Source: Callorhinchus milii (Eukaryota). From it: a stretch of 64,000 bases of DNA. The first letter of the stretch is position 1; each line of letters starts with the position of its first letter. The position numbers were made by a program, and so were the translations under genes. The stretch spans positions 90,584,001 to 90,648,000 of the forward strand of contig NW_024704742.1 of NCBI RefSeq assembly GCF_018977255.1. The letters are read 5' to 3'. The notes under the pieces were generated by a model. It saw nothing but the letters and a program-made list of their open reading frames with translations, did no database searches and was not told the DNA's origin. Positions 23,618 through 36,705 of the stretch are shown piece after piece.

Positions 23618-26600
23618 GTTAGTGATTCCTGGAACAGTCTACATTTATTATGTACTAACATGGTTTAAATTTTCATAACCAACTTTAAGGAAAACAGCAG
23701 GATAGGACTAAATAATGATGTTTCCAAAATAAAATCAGAATGGCCAAAAAAAACATTTTGGGCACTGCCATACATGATTCCTAACCTAACCCTAACCCAA
23801 CAAGGCATCTTTACAACGGTCTTAGATGGAATGCAAAATGATCTGGTTAGGGTTACAAATGTTTTGCCTACTATCAGTATGATGCACACTCGAAAATGTG
23901 TCCAAAAGTCGCTTGCGAATATTGAACAGAAAACCATTTAAGTTAGTTAACAGCTTGTTCAAGGTTCCCACTGAGTAATCTGCAGACGATGTATTGTTCA
24001 GGACCTAAATCTAAAAGTGGGCTATTAACCCAGGTCAGACCTGACATGAAAGGAACTTAAGAATCAAATACCTTAGATTCTGCCAGAGAAATAGCTCATT
24101 TTTTTAATGCATAATAGAAATATTGGATTCTCTTGAAATGTATTGTAAAACAATAACAATAATACTTGCATTTGATAGAGTGCCTCATCACGTCATTGAG
24201 AAGTCTCAAAGCGCTTCACAAAACATATAGTAAACTGGATTGACTGTGTATTTTGTGGGTGAAATCAAGTCAAATTAAGGATTTCATGGAAACTGCCAAT
24301 GCAAGCTCAACATAACCTGGAGTATTTGTTTGTGCTTGCTGCCTTGGGGATGGAGGTATGCTAACAATATTGTTGGAAAGGAAGTGAAGTCTCAGCTTTC
24401 CTTTCATTACAGTACATCACAGCTATGATATTATTATCACATATTTCATGTTAAAAAAATAAACGTACATCACTCCTTTTTTTTTGCAGGAAATGTTGTT
24501 GCCATTTGCTTTGAATGTTGCGGGTCAGAGCATTGAATTAGCAATCAGCAATTAGATCCCTGGTTTAGTTATGTGAGGACATTGTAGTTTGTCTCATAAT
24601 AAATTTGTAACGTGTTTTTGGGAGCTAACCATTACATTTTAGTCAGGAATTTGAGTCCACTCCTTATGCACATCCTTTGTATTTCAATTGCACTTCAACA
24701 ATAGGCAAAACTATGATGCATTTCTGAGGGCACCCAGGCCAGCAGCTTTAAGCACTTGAGACATCAAAGTAACCTGAATCGGTAAACTTTCCCTTAAAAT
24801 GTGACTGGATCCTCCTATTTCAGAGAGGTCGCCAAATGAAAGCCAACCTCCGTCCCAGATAACTGCTTTCCAACCGCTCCCAGCTTTTCACTCCGTTCAC
24901 ACGTTGCATAAAATATTTCTCAGGCAACACATGATCATTTGGGAGAAATTCCTCGTTAGTCCTATTTTCTAATTTATTCAATGATTGACTTTCCCCAGAC
25001 TGGTTACTTTAAATATCGGGCTTGAAATCGCACTCAAGTCAAAAAGAACGCTGAAAAAGTGTACTACCAGGTTCAACCTCAGTAAGTGGCACACAGGTGC
25101 TGGCAATCGCTGGACTAAGTAGGTTCATTGGAAAGTTATAACTCAAGAAAAGTTTCATGTTGGACAGGCAGTCAAACAGAATAGCAACAGAGCAAAATCA
25201 AGAGTCGAGATGGAGAGGAAGAATTGAGCATTGTTAAAGTACAATGCAAACCCTCAATTGTCCAGCGCCTTGAGACGTCCTCTCGTCGTAAAAGGCACTA
25301 TATAAATGCAATTTCTCCTTGTTTTTACATGTGTATCTGGTTAACTTCCATGAAGAAGAAATAAAAACGGGAAAAATTATGATAGTGCTTGGACACAAAA
25401 ACGGTAAAATGTATTGCTCAAGCCACACTCACATATTTTATAACCTGATAATGCAAAACTGATAATGGAGCTCTGCATCAGTGTGAACAAGCTTTAAGCA
25501 CCAGATATGTGAAAATTAACCTTTGCACCGCGACAAACTATACATTTCACAGCATCGTTTTTGTTATTTCTCCTCTTGCTTTTCATTGTATTACCTGCAA
25601 CATTCTCCAGCCCCCTCCGTTACCTATAAACATTCCTCCAATTGTATAGTTCTGAAGATTCTGATAGTAAACAGATCACTTAACGGATACCTCAAACAAC
25701 AGAATCTTAAGTTTATGTAAAAATCTGTGCATTTTTTGGAGAATTACTGATTATTTTAAGCTGCACAAGTGCCATCCCTTCATGAATCTACCACAAATAG
25801 TCAAGAAAAGCATTTCCCAAGCTAATACCTAAGCGAATAAGACATTAATTGCTATGAAATTCCCACCCTAAGTATACCAAGTCAAAGAAAATGTATTCCG
25901 CTGGGAAAGTCTTCTGCCCTACCCCATAAACGAATGTCTTTGATTGTCTTCTTCAGTCTTTGAATAATGCTGCCCCATTTCCCAGAATTGGACCAATTAT
26001 CCAACGAGACAACAGTCTCTTCATACTTGGTTTTCTTCAGGCACACTATTTTCCCTTCCTAGGCTATATAAGTAAAACTCACATAAGTGGTATCAGTCAG
26101 GACCATAACATTTAATATGATTTACACGAAGTGCGAGTTCCAGGCAAACTGTATGTCATACAAAATCCGATTTAATCAATAATTTACACTGCGAATGCGT
26201 AATTCAATGCAGCCAACTAAGTGCGCTTGCAGTGACGAGTCAAGATTACATTTCCTCCGATTCAATGTGTCTTGATCCATCGCCTCATACGCACTTACCG
26301 GCAAGCATTAGCATTGCAGTGAATCGCGGAAAGTTCCTCTATGCATGCGCCGACGGATCAGGACATTTCCCGCGATTCAATGCAGTTGCCCCAGTCGGTA
26401 AGTGCACTTGTCAAGGCAACATTTTCCATTTACTGTACAGTTTTATCGCATTATTCATAGTGCTAACAATTTACATAATAATTGTACATGAAATTGACAG
26501 TACAGTACACTATGCCAGGCAGACCAAAAACAGATAATAATTTCCCCCAAAAACTAAATGTACTTTTTTTAAAGCAATACATTTCTGCTGAATGGCCTCT

Positions 26601-26715
26601 CTGATACTATTGTCTTAAGTTTCAATAGCCCCTTGTGGTAAACAGCAACAACAAAATTACATTTGTATAGCATCCTTCACGTCGGGAGGACATCCCAAAC
26701 CATTCAATTGTTCTA

Positions 26716-26944
26716 ATATTCCCTGTATGGAAACGTTTGTTCTAACATTTCCTCGAGGCTCCTCAGTTCGTCTGAGTTAATACCTAGTTTATGCTCCGCT
26801 TGTCACCAATTTACTAACCATGAAGAAAACAAAAATCACTGTTCGCTCAAAACATTTGAAAATATCTCTATAAGATCACCTCTTAATCTGTAATGTTCCA
26901 GTAATATCAAACCCAATTTGTAATGTCTAGTCTTCACACTATAA
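26716..26944 (-). mobile_element. CR1 LINE 3' fragment
   Basis: Translation KLGLILLEHYRLRGDLIEIF in ORF 26836..27045. Confidence 0.75.
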
Positions 26945-27307
26945 CCCAGTAGCTCAGTGGTTAGAGCACTCGCCTCGCAAGCGAGAGGACCTGGGTTGGA
27001 TTCCCAGGTGGGGTGAAACATTGCGCAAGTTTCCTTGCTCCACATGACTGTTTACCAGCAGTAAGTAGGATTGTAAGTCAGTTAGTGGATCGCTTTTATG
27101 GGGGTAATAATCCCTTCAAAAAAATAAAGTAATAATTTGGTCACTCAATCCGTGACTGTTTGTGGGACACTGCTGTGCAATCAGCTGCCACGTATCGCCC
27201 ACAAACATAGTTAATTCACTTTACAGTATATTCTGTGAAGCGCTTTGAGACGTCTTGAAGACGTGATAAGGCGCTATATCAAATGCAAGGTTGATTATTA
27301 TTATTAT
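26945..27307 (+). mobile_element. Full-length SINE
   Basis: gtagctcagtggttagagcactcgc...gcgctttgagacgtcttgaagacgtgataaggcgc...(ATT)n. Confidence 0.92.
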
Positions 27308-27591
27308 CCTTGGCATCATCCAAGTTAACCTGTGCTTAATTTTCTGCTGGGCTCAGATGTCCTTTCTGTAATCCTTAATTTGATGCAATATCTTTTGCGT
27401 CAAGAGAATATCTCAGTGCTGCACAGGATTCACAGAACAATAACTGTGTCATTTGTTCACAAACTGAGGTGTCAATTTACGCACGTCAATTTTTACCAGA
27501 AAATTGTGATTGCCACAAGCCGTACTCTGTCTATGACCAAACCAATGCACAAAAGTAATTTTGCTTTATATACTTCACCCTGCATGCTCAC

Positions 27592-27692
27592 CTTCCCGCT
27601 CCTGCTCCAAACACATGGTCAGTTCTTGGATGGTGGCTTTGTCCACAAAACATTGCACCCTCAGTTGATCCACCTCTTCTCCAAGGTTGACA
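27592..27692 (-). CDS. CNTLN: Centlein exon (101 nt, phase 2/1): VNLGEEVDQLRVQCFVDKATIQELTMCLEQERE
   Basis: ccttgcAG and AAG|GTgagc boundaries. Matches centlein NLEEELDELKVHISIDKAAIQEL, and the phases fit both neighbours. Confidence 0.95.
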
Positions 27693-27918
27693 CTGCAAGG
27701 TGAGACACAGGAAAGCATTTATTATTGCCGTTAAAACAAGCATCTATGTATAACAGTTCACCTGGGAAGTTCTACTTGTAACATGAAATAAAAGCAATGT
27801 AACCTGAAATAAGATCCAAAAGAGGGTGTTAAAAAGGAGATTAGCTAAATGGTTGGTAATATCAATATCAGGTCCCAATAGTACAAAGAGCTAGAAGTGA
27901 TAAGGAGTTCCCCAATAT

Positions 27919-29080
27919 AACAACAAAATTACATTTGTATAGTGCCTTTCGTGTCAGGAGGATGTCCCAAGGCGCTGGATAGTCAGTGTTTCGCATTTGA
28001 GCTGGGGGTGATCGAAAGCATAGTCAAAAAGGAGAGTCTTGGGATGGGTCTTGAAGGAGGCAAGGGAGGAGGTGAGGCGGAGGGCCTGCAGGATGGAGTT
28101 CCAGTGGGTAGGGGCAGAGTGGCAGAAGGCCCACCCGCCAATGGTGGAAGTGAGCGCAGGGAGTGGGCAGGATAGTAGTGGGTTAAGAGGTTGCAGAGGG
28201 AGGTAGGGGGGAGTAAGGCCATGGAAGGCTTTGAAGGTGAGGTCCAGGACCTTGAATTGTATCCTCTGAGTGATGGAAAACCAGTGGAGTCGGGCGAGGA
28301 TGGGGGTGATAGAGTCACAGAGCCTAACAAATAACACAGTCACCAAATTGTACTGTAAATCATGAAGCCTGGTGCGGGAAAGGACACGGGCTGCAGAGTT
28401 CTGGATGATCTGCAGCCTATGGAGGGAGGAGTTGGGGAGGCCAACAAGCAGGGAGTTTGCATAGTCAAGCCTCGATGTTATCGATGCATGTATGAGGGTT
28501 TCGGCCGTCTGCAGTGTGAGTCAACAGCGGAGCCGGGCGATGTTACGGAGGTGGGGGAAGGCAGTGCGGGTCATGGCATGGATGTGGGGTAGAAACAATA
28601 GTTGAGGGTCAAACAAGATGCCAAGGTTCCAGACTGGCTTAGTAAGGTGGAGAAAACATCCATGGATGGTGATGCTGTCAGTGCCTGAGGTGAAGAGGTG
28701 TTCCGGGAGCCAATCAGGAGAGCCTCGGTCTTGTTGATGTTCAACTGTAAAAAGTTAGCTCTCATCCAGTACTTGATGTCTGACAGACATTCTGTCAGGA
28801 CAGCATTGGTCCTGGAGTCAATGGTGGAGGCAGAGAGGTACAGTTGGGTGTCATCCACATACATGTGGAAGGTGACCCCATGTCTGCAGATGATTTTGCC
28901 AAGTGGGAGCATATAGATGTTGAAGAGGAGGGGACCAAGGACAGAGTCCTGAGGAACACCACACGGGACAGTGCAGACGCTAGAGGAGAAACCGTTTGTG
29001 GAGATGGAAGTGGAGGCGTTGTGAGAGGTACGATCTGAACCATTCAAGGACAGAACCGTGAAGGTTGAGGTGTGGAGCTG
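27919..29080 (-). mobile_element. 5'-truncated L2 LINE with reverse-transcriptase remnant
   Basis: ORF 28571..29113 has [17 protein letters not shown] and HMYVDDTQLY (RT motifs). ORF 27954..28346 has the L2 C-terminus [18 protein letters not shown]. Confidence 0.95.
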
Positions 29081-29281
29081 TACATTGGATAAGTTTGCAT
29101 CAGTGACTGCCAACTCTGATGACCTTCATAAGCAAACACACTGCAAAGAGAAAAATTAATACCAAATATAAAGTCTATTTCTTCTTTAAAAATGATATAA
29201 TGATCCAAACATCCATAGAGATACAACTGTAGAAGTCACTCTTGCTTATCTACAACATTAAATTGAGAACATATTATACTG

Positions 29282-29657
29282 GTGTCAGCCTGGCTCAGTT
29301 GGTAGTACTCTTTCACTTTTGAATCAGAAGGTTATGGGTTCAAGAGTTTATGGGACTTTGGGTTCACAGTCCAGGCTGACACTTCCATGCAGTGTTGGGG
29401 AACACCGCTGATGCTCACTAGGATCCTTAGGATGGCACATTAAACCGAGCTCCTATCCGTCTGTTCAGACTTATCCAATGTACAGCTCCACACCTCAACC
29501 TTCACGGTTCTGTCCTTGAATGGCATCATTCGAAAAGAGAATTTCTCCTTGTGTCCTAGCCAACAATCCCCCAGATAAAATTAGTCTCTCACTTCATGGC
29601 TGTGTGCCGATTAGCTGCCATAATCACCATATTGAATCTTGTTCAGCACTTTGAGAT
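29282..29657 (+). mobile_element. Old DeuSINE-like element carrying a 55-bp foreign insert
   Basis: tRNA-like head gtcagcctggctcagttggtagtactct...gggttcaag, Deu-like core taaaccgagctcctatccgtctgttcag...tggcatcattcgaaaagag...gtgtcctagccaaca. Confidence 0.7.
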
Positions 29658-29993
29658 ACAATGGATAAACCTGCATCAGTGACTGTCAACTCTGATGACC
29701 TTCATATCCAACTACACTGCAAAGAGAAAAATCTTTTTCTCTTATTGTACCGATACCAAATACTGAATATATGATGACTTTTATCCCCCATTTTAATTTG
29801 CACATGGTATTGTTTAATAGTATTCCCCGAGAAAATAATCCTCTAAATGAGGTTTACATTGATTTACATGACCTAAAATATAAATAGTTTGGTTTTAAAC
29901 TAATAGAGTAAAACTTTATTTGTAAAATGATTCGTAAATAGTTAAAATAGTTGGTCAGCGACACACCCAGGATTCATTATTTAAATCACAATC

Positions 29994-31143
29994 AAAACAA
30001 CAAAATTACATTTATAGAGCGCCTTTCACGTCGGGAGAACGTCCCAAAGCGCTGAACAGTTAGGTGTTGGGGCCCGAGCATGGGGGAGGGGTGGTGTAGG
30101 GGTGAGGGAAGGCAGAGAGGTGGGAGGGAGACCAAAGGCACGGTCGAAGAGAAGGGTCTTGAGACCAGCCTTGAAGGAGGCAAGGGAGGAAGTGAGGCGA
30201 AGGGACCATGGGATGGAGTTCCAGAGTGTGGGGGCAAAGAGGCTGAAAGCCCGGCCACCGATGGTAGGGCGGGAAACATGGAGTAGGCTGAGCCCGCTGA
30301 ACAGAGAGAGCAGGCAGGTTGGTAGAGAGTCAGCAGGTCAGAGAGGTAGGAGGGGGCAAGGCCATGGATGACCTTAAAGGTGAGGACGAGGATCTTGAAC
30401 TTGATCCTCTTGGAGATGGGGAGTCAGCGGAGTCGGGCGAGGGCGGGAGTGATGGGGTCACGGAGCCTGGTGCGTGAGAGTACACGAGCTGCAGAGTTTT
30501 GGATGATCTGCAGCTTGTGAGGGGAAGAGTTGGGAAGGCCGATGAGGAGAGAGTTCCCATAATCGAGCCTTGATGTGACGAATGCGTCAGTGAGGGTTTT
30601 GGCAGCCTGAGGGGTGAAGTAGTGGCGGAGGTAGTGGTAGGCAGTGCCGGTCATGGTGCGGATGTGGGGGAGAAAGGATAGTTCAGGGTCAAACAAGACA
30701 CCCAGGATCCTGACTGGCTTAGTGAGGTTGAATGTATAGCTGTGGAGGCTGATGCTGCCAGCGCCTGAGGTGCAGAGGCACTGGCTCGAGCCAATCAGGA
30801 GGGCCTCAGTCTTGCTGATGTTGAGTTGGAGAAAGTTGGCTCTCATCCAGGACTTGATGTCGGACAGGCCAGGACGCCAGTAGTCCTGGAGGTCGGGGTG
30901 GAGGCAGAGAGGTAGAGTTTGGTGTCATCCGCATACATGTGGAAATTTACCCCATATCTGCGGATGATGTCACCAAGGGGGAGCATGTAGAGGGTGAAGA
31001 GGAGGGACCGAGGACAGAGTCCTGAGGAACACCGCACGAGACGGTGCATGGGCTGGAGGAGAAGCCGATTGCCGCGACAAAGTGGAGGCTTTGTGAAAAG
31101 TAGGACCTGAACCAGTCAAGGACAGAACCTTGAAGGTTGAGGT
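29994..31143 (-). mobile_element. 5'-truncated L2 LINE with reverse-transcriptase remnant
   Basis: ORFs 30843..31049 ([11 protein letters not shown]) and 30424..30846 (NFLQLNISKTEALLIG...FVTSRLDYGNSLLIGLP); tail at 29994. Confidence 0.95.
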
Positions 31144-32296
31144 ATTACAATGTAATAGGTCAAAATATATATTGAATAGAAATGGATTACGAGTTAGGCA
31201 GGTCAATGATATAAATCAAGAAAGCCACTGACCTGATGACTCGGAAGTCTGACTTTATCGTATGGGAACTGGCAAAACTAAGGGAGTGAACCAGCCGGTG
31301 GTAATCATGTGCTGTAAAGCTGCCTAAATGCTCATTATTGTGCATTTGAGATATTAAGGAACTCAAACACTTTAAAATGGGCTTCCACTGTAGATATCTA
31401 AGTGGATGATTTTTGTGGAAGACTATAGGACCAAAAGGTTCTCATTTCAAATCCCAAAGACTTTGAGAATGATAAAATAAGCAGAGGCAAGGTAAACCTA
31501 CATTAAGTCCCTGGAATGCAAAATGAATGTTTCAGTCCTGGCTGATACCAAATCAAATTCAGGCAATTATTCTGCACTTTGAAGTTCAGATTAGTTTGGA
31601 TCAATTCTGATTACAAACCTTGTGTATGTATGTAGGAATATAGGGTATTTTATGAATTTCTCTATTTGAGAGAAAACTGTAAGCAGTGAATGTTGTATCA
31701 GAAACCATGTTCTATGCGAGTATTATTGCAACAGATTACTATGCACTAGTTGTGGGCGTTACGTTTAGCTATTTTAGCTCCCCCTTAAAGTGGTCAGCAG
31801 CAATTTCAATAAATTAAAGCACACCAACATAGGAAACAGCAATAAAATCTATATTTTAAACTATTCAGATTTAAAGACGAATTTAAGCGCTCACTGCTTT
31901 TTAAACAAATGCCTTACCTAGGGAAAGAAGAAATCCCAAGGGAGCAAAACTTATCCTGACCAACTCTGACCTGCCATAATGCCATTGTAACCATGGAGCA
32001 GAAAACAGATGAACTGATAAGGTCACTAGACAGCGTTTATTTCAACAGAAGGCCATTGGGAATTCACAGCAGTGGCCATATGACTTGAAGCCTCAGAAAG
32101 CAAAGTGTTCCAGATGCAAGTTGATCTAATTTCACAACTCCTATGAAGGCGTTTCATTTTCTTTTCCAAAGTACCCAGTCAAAATTACGTACAAGCAATG
32201 TGCTCAAAGAGAATTTATCCCTATGTACTCAGAAATTCTATGAGTTATTCGCATGTGAAAAGTTTTCCTCCTTTGATGCAAATATCTAGACAGAAA

Positions 32297-32403
32297 TGAA
32301 GTGGAAGAATTTAGAGTTAAATATTCCAGGATATAATGTGTTCAGGAAGGATAGAGAAGGAAGAAAAGGAGGAGGGGTGGCAATATTAGTTAAGGATACA
32401 ATT
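32297..32403 (+). mobile_element. CR1 ORF2 endonuclease-domain fragment
   Basis: Translates ELNIPGYNVFRKDREGRKGGGVAILVKDTI, the typical APE-domain motif. Confidence 0.85.
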
Positions 32404-34649
32404 ATATTCTATGAAGCTATGAATTTGTCAAGGGCTAATTCGTTAGAGAATGGCATTAAGTAGAATGTCAGATCAGTCTTTTTTTAAAAAAAGAGGGAAT
32501 TCAATCAGCAACAAATTATATTTCTTTACAGAGCAAAATCCTTCAGAATATTTCAAAACACTCAGTGATAACCTCATATTTTTGGAACTTAACATACAAA
32601 TCCTTTTAAGGATACACGTAAACATACATTTATCTACCGGAAATAGTAGGAGGAATAGAAGAAAAACAGTACAGCTGGAAGATGTTTCCATTTTTTATGG
32701 TTCCTTAGTTTGCTCTTTCAAGTTCTTACTACTATATAGTCTACTTTCACAAATTTTATGTGTGTATCTAACATGCACATAAAACCATCACTATTTTTAG
32801 GAGCTTCCAAACCAAACTACTGCCAATTGTACAGGCTTCAGTTTCCCCGGAATGCACACTCTCTCCATAGAAGCATGCACCCTGCTTGCCTAATCCAAGA
32901 ATTTAGGAACAGGTTGACAAAAACTAAGGCTTGGGGGCCCAAGAGTGCATACTGTGATACTGCTGGAGTTTAACAAGCTAAAACCATTGTAAAGTACTGG
33001 AAAGCTTTCTTCTGGTTGTACAGCTAAGATTACCCTATCCATTACACCTGCGACTTGCAAGGATTATCTGGAGGAAGTGAAGGGCAAAAATCAGTAAAGT
33101 TGAGTTATGCTCCACTTCTTCCTACAATTCGGACTGAGCAAGAATCCCCAGGAGAGCAAACATTGTAGGTGTCTGGCTAAGTTGGTAGTACCCTTGTCTC
33201 GGAGTTGAAAGATTGTGGGTCCACAGATATTCACCCCAACTGAGAAAATCATTTTTTTCAGGGCTTTGAGGTGTTTCAACCTCAAAATTCAATCATACAA
33301 GTCACATTTAACTCATAATAATAATAATCCTTGCATTTGATATAGTACCTTATCACGTCATTGAGACGTCTCAAAGCACTTCACATGGGAAAATGGGCTA
33401 ATTTCTGCTGAGTTGTTGAGACATACGACAGTTGGATTGAAGGCCTGCAAATCCAGTTAACATAGCCTCTATTCCTAGTTGTTGTTAATGTATTTGCTGT
33501 TGTACTTACTGTCAGTTTGACTTCAGATCTCACAATGGTAATGATTGGGGAAAAAAAATGTTGGCTGAATTTTCTTTTTCCTATCTCAAGAACACAGAGC
33601 ACTTGTAACATCCAGTGACCCAATCAGTCAACACAGCACAGATAAACCAGAGATTATCGTTTATAAATGGTAATAATCCACTTGATGCAAATAAAAATTA
33701 GCATTTTTATAGCACCTTACCCATAGGGAGAATGTCTCAAAGAGCTAACCATGCCATATGATTCATTTAAAAACAAGTCATTGTATCATCATCCAAGCCT
33801 TATTTTTTTTAAAAAAGTAAATCGACATAGCATTACTGTGTTGGCTGTGACTGTTGGGAAAAATGCAGTTTTCTAGTATGCATCTTTTAAAAGCAAGGCA
33901 ATATTGTGGTTGAAACTATGACTTAAAGATGAACACTTACAATTTTGCCTGTATTGGACCAGGGAATTGAGGATACATTTGAACGTGCCTACCTTCAGTT
34001 CCTCAGTACAGTACAAGCAGACTTGACCTATGGTCTTGTCCTTCACTTGACCTACCCATCCTCAATTCCCCAGTATGGTGCAATTGGACATTCCTTTTGA
34101 CTTCACAACAAATGAAATCCAGTGTGGTGCAGCACCATTTAGGAAAACAAAGGTGATAATTGGTAGATTGAACAAAACTGAATCAAATTTTCAGATTTTC
34201 AAAAATATTTCGACACTGATTTCGACAAAAGGTGGTTTGACTTCCGTAGTTTCCAACAAAGTTTAATTATTTCAGAAATCACAGTAAAAAAAATATTCAA
34301 TACAAAAGAGGTTTTAAAGCTACAAAATAAATGAGGCAGGAAATAAAACAATGCTGTTGCCACCTTCTGTTATGTAGCATCTAAAAGTTGTCTGTCTGGA
34401 CCTCCCACTGATCTGCGTTAAATACTGACAAAAAGTATAGAACACATGCAAATTGCTTACAGGAAACTTATATTAAAACTAGGAGAATTTAAGTTTTAAA
34501 GCTTTCCCTTCATTTTAAATAGATATTTTCTTATTAATTTAAGTGATTACTAATTTTAAATCAGCCTCACCAATTAAGCTGCTAAGATTCCGGACTGATC
34601 ATGGAACACCACCCTGCAATTACTTTCATTTTAAAAACAATTTTAAGGA

Positions 34650-35670
34650 AATAAAAGGAATTAATCAGCGCCTTCCACGTTTGGAGGATGTCTCAAAGTA
34701 TTTCACACAACTAACAAGGTGGGAGAAGAGTAGCTGGTCATAACACAGACAGAGAGAGATGGGCTTTAAGGTGAATTTTAAGGCTGGGAGGGAAGGCAGA
34801 GCGACTCCAGCATGGAGTTCAATTCTATATGCGGGGTATGTGGAGACAATGAGCTGAATAAGGATAGGGGTGATAGGCTCGAAAAGCCTGATGTTGAAGA
34901 GGCCACAGGCAGCAAATTCTGGGTAGTATGCAGCTTGTGGAGAGAGGAGCTGGAGTGCAACAAGTACATTAGTCAAGCCTGGAAGTGACGTTTCAAAAGA
35001 GTTTGAGCAGCCTGGAGATAGTGGCAGAGGTGGGTGATATTGTGGAAGTGAAGGACAGCAGAGCACACGAGTATGGATTTAAGTTTTGAAGAACAGATGG
35101 GGATCAAGGTGCCACGCTGGTTTCATAAAGTAGAACGAGCTCTGTAGATCAACGTGGTGAGCAGCCGAGATGAGCAGGTACTGATGGAAGCCAAGCAGGT
35201 GAGCCTCAGTCTTGTTCACTTTGAGCGTCAGAAAGTTAGAACTCATTCAAGATTTGTTGTTTGACAGGCAATCAGTCAGAGCAGCAATGGGCAGAGAATC
35301 GAGGATAAAGGCAGAGATGGAGTTGGGTGTCATCCACGTACATGTGGAGTGGAACCCGCTTACAGACAATGTCACCAACATGGAGGATGTAGGTGGTGAA
35401 GAGGAGAGTGTAGAGGGTAGAATCCTGAGAGATGTTGCGTGTGACTGCAGAAGCATGAGGAGATGCAATTGGAGGAGACAAAGCAAAGTGTTAAGAATCA
35501 AACCAGGAAACAACAGAACCATGGAGACGGAGCAGGAAAGAGAGACTGTGGAGAAGGATAGAATGGTGGAGCACATCGAAGGTGACAGAGAGATCAAAAA
35601 CAAAGAGGCAGAGGGAGCTCTGATCTCAGAGAATGCAACTTTGACGAGGGCATCAACAAGTCAACACGGG
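34650..35670 (-). mobile_element. Older, degraded L2 LINE
   Basis: LHMYVDDTQLHL (ORF 35272..35481), ISLSPSMCSTILSFS (shifted DLSxAFD region), and tail hairpin near 34667-34700. Confidence 0.85.
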
Positions 35671-36705
35671 CTATTTTGAGTCCAGTAATTTGGCACTATT
35701 ATACAAATTTGTGTGTGGCAGTTTCAAAAAAAAATTATGACTGAAGGGAAAAAGCTATTAAATGATTTGACTGGTTTACATTTATTAAATTTATTCAAAG
35801 AAATAATTAATATTTCTAAAAGCGTAAGACAACTGTTGTGTAAAAACAAATCTCTAATTTATTAATTTTATTAAGATTTAGATAAGATATTTAAAATGTG
35901 TTTTTCTATATGTCTTTGAAGTTCCTTTTAAATTAAGTGACCAAATTTAGCAATCCCAAAGTCAATTTGTTTTAAACCCAATATTGATCTGAAGCTCTGG
36001 ACCTTCTAACTCATATTTCCCCTCCTTTCCATTTCAATATTTAAATCCTGTTAATATTTAAATTATGTTTACAATCTAGTTTTATCAACTTCTATGTAGA
36101 GGAGCACAGCAATGAACAGCTCAGTAATGTTAAAACCATGAGAAACAGCAGAGCAATATGATGATCATGCTGTTTTGCACAGCAATTCACTGCAAAATTA
36201 TGCTGTAAATACCTCTACTGAAGAGTCAAGGGAATCAGCACTTCCAAATCAAAGTTAAGGGAGCATTGAGAACTCAGTATACAGGGAGTAATTTTCAAAT
36301 TGGGATACTAAACTGTAGGGCTAATTAGATTATAGTGCGTAAAACAATGGATAACCAGGGAAAGATATAAACCAGTGAGAATCAAGCTCCAACTCTACTG
36401 GAAGGCCCAACATCTTAGCCCAAAATTTCGAAATGTTAGATTGGGCAGATTGTAAAAAATTCTTATATTATGTCTTAATTTGGAAGCAAATTTTAGTTTA
36501 CCATATTTTTTTTAAAAAAGTGGCTTCCAAATACAATAATTTTTGTACAATATATTTTGAGTCAAAATGGTCTTATAGGCTCTGAACGATGAGCTGATGT
36601 TAATGATGATAACAATAATAAAGAATGAAGGCCCAAGCCTTCTCCTGCAGATGATGACAGTAATGAGGAGCAAGATGTACAGTGGTCAGACAATGAGAAT
36701 GTGAC

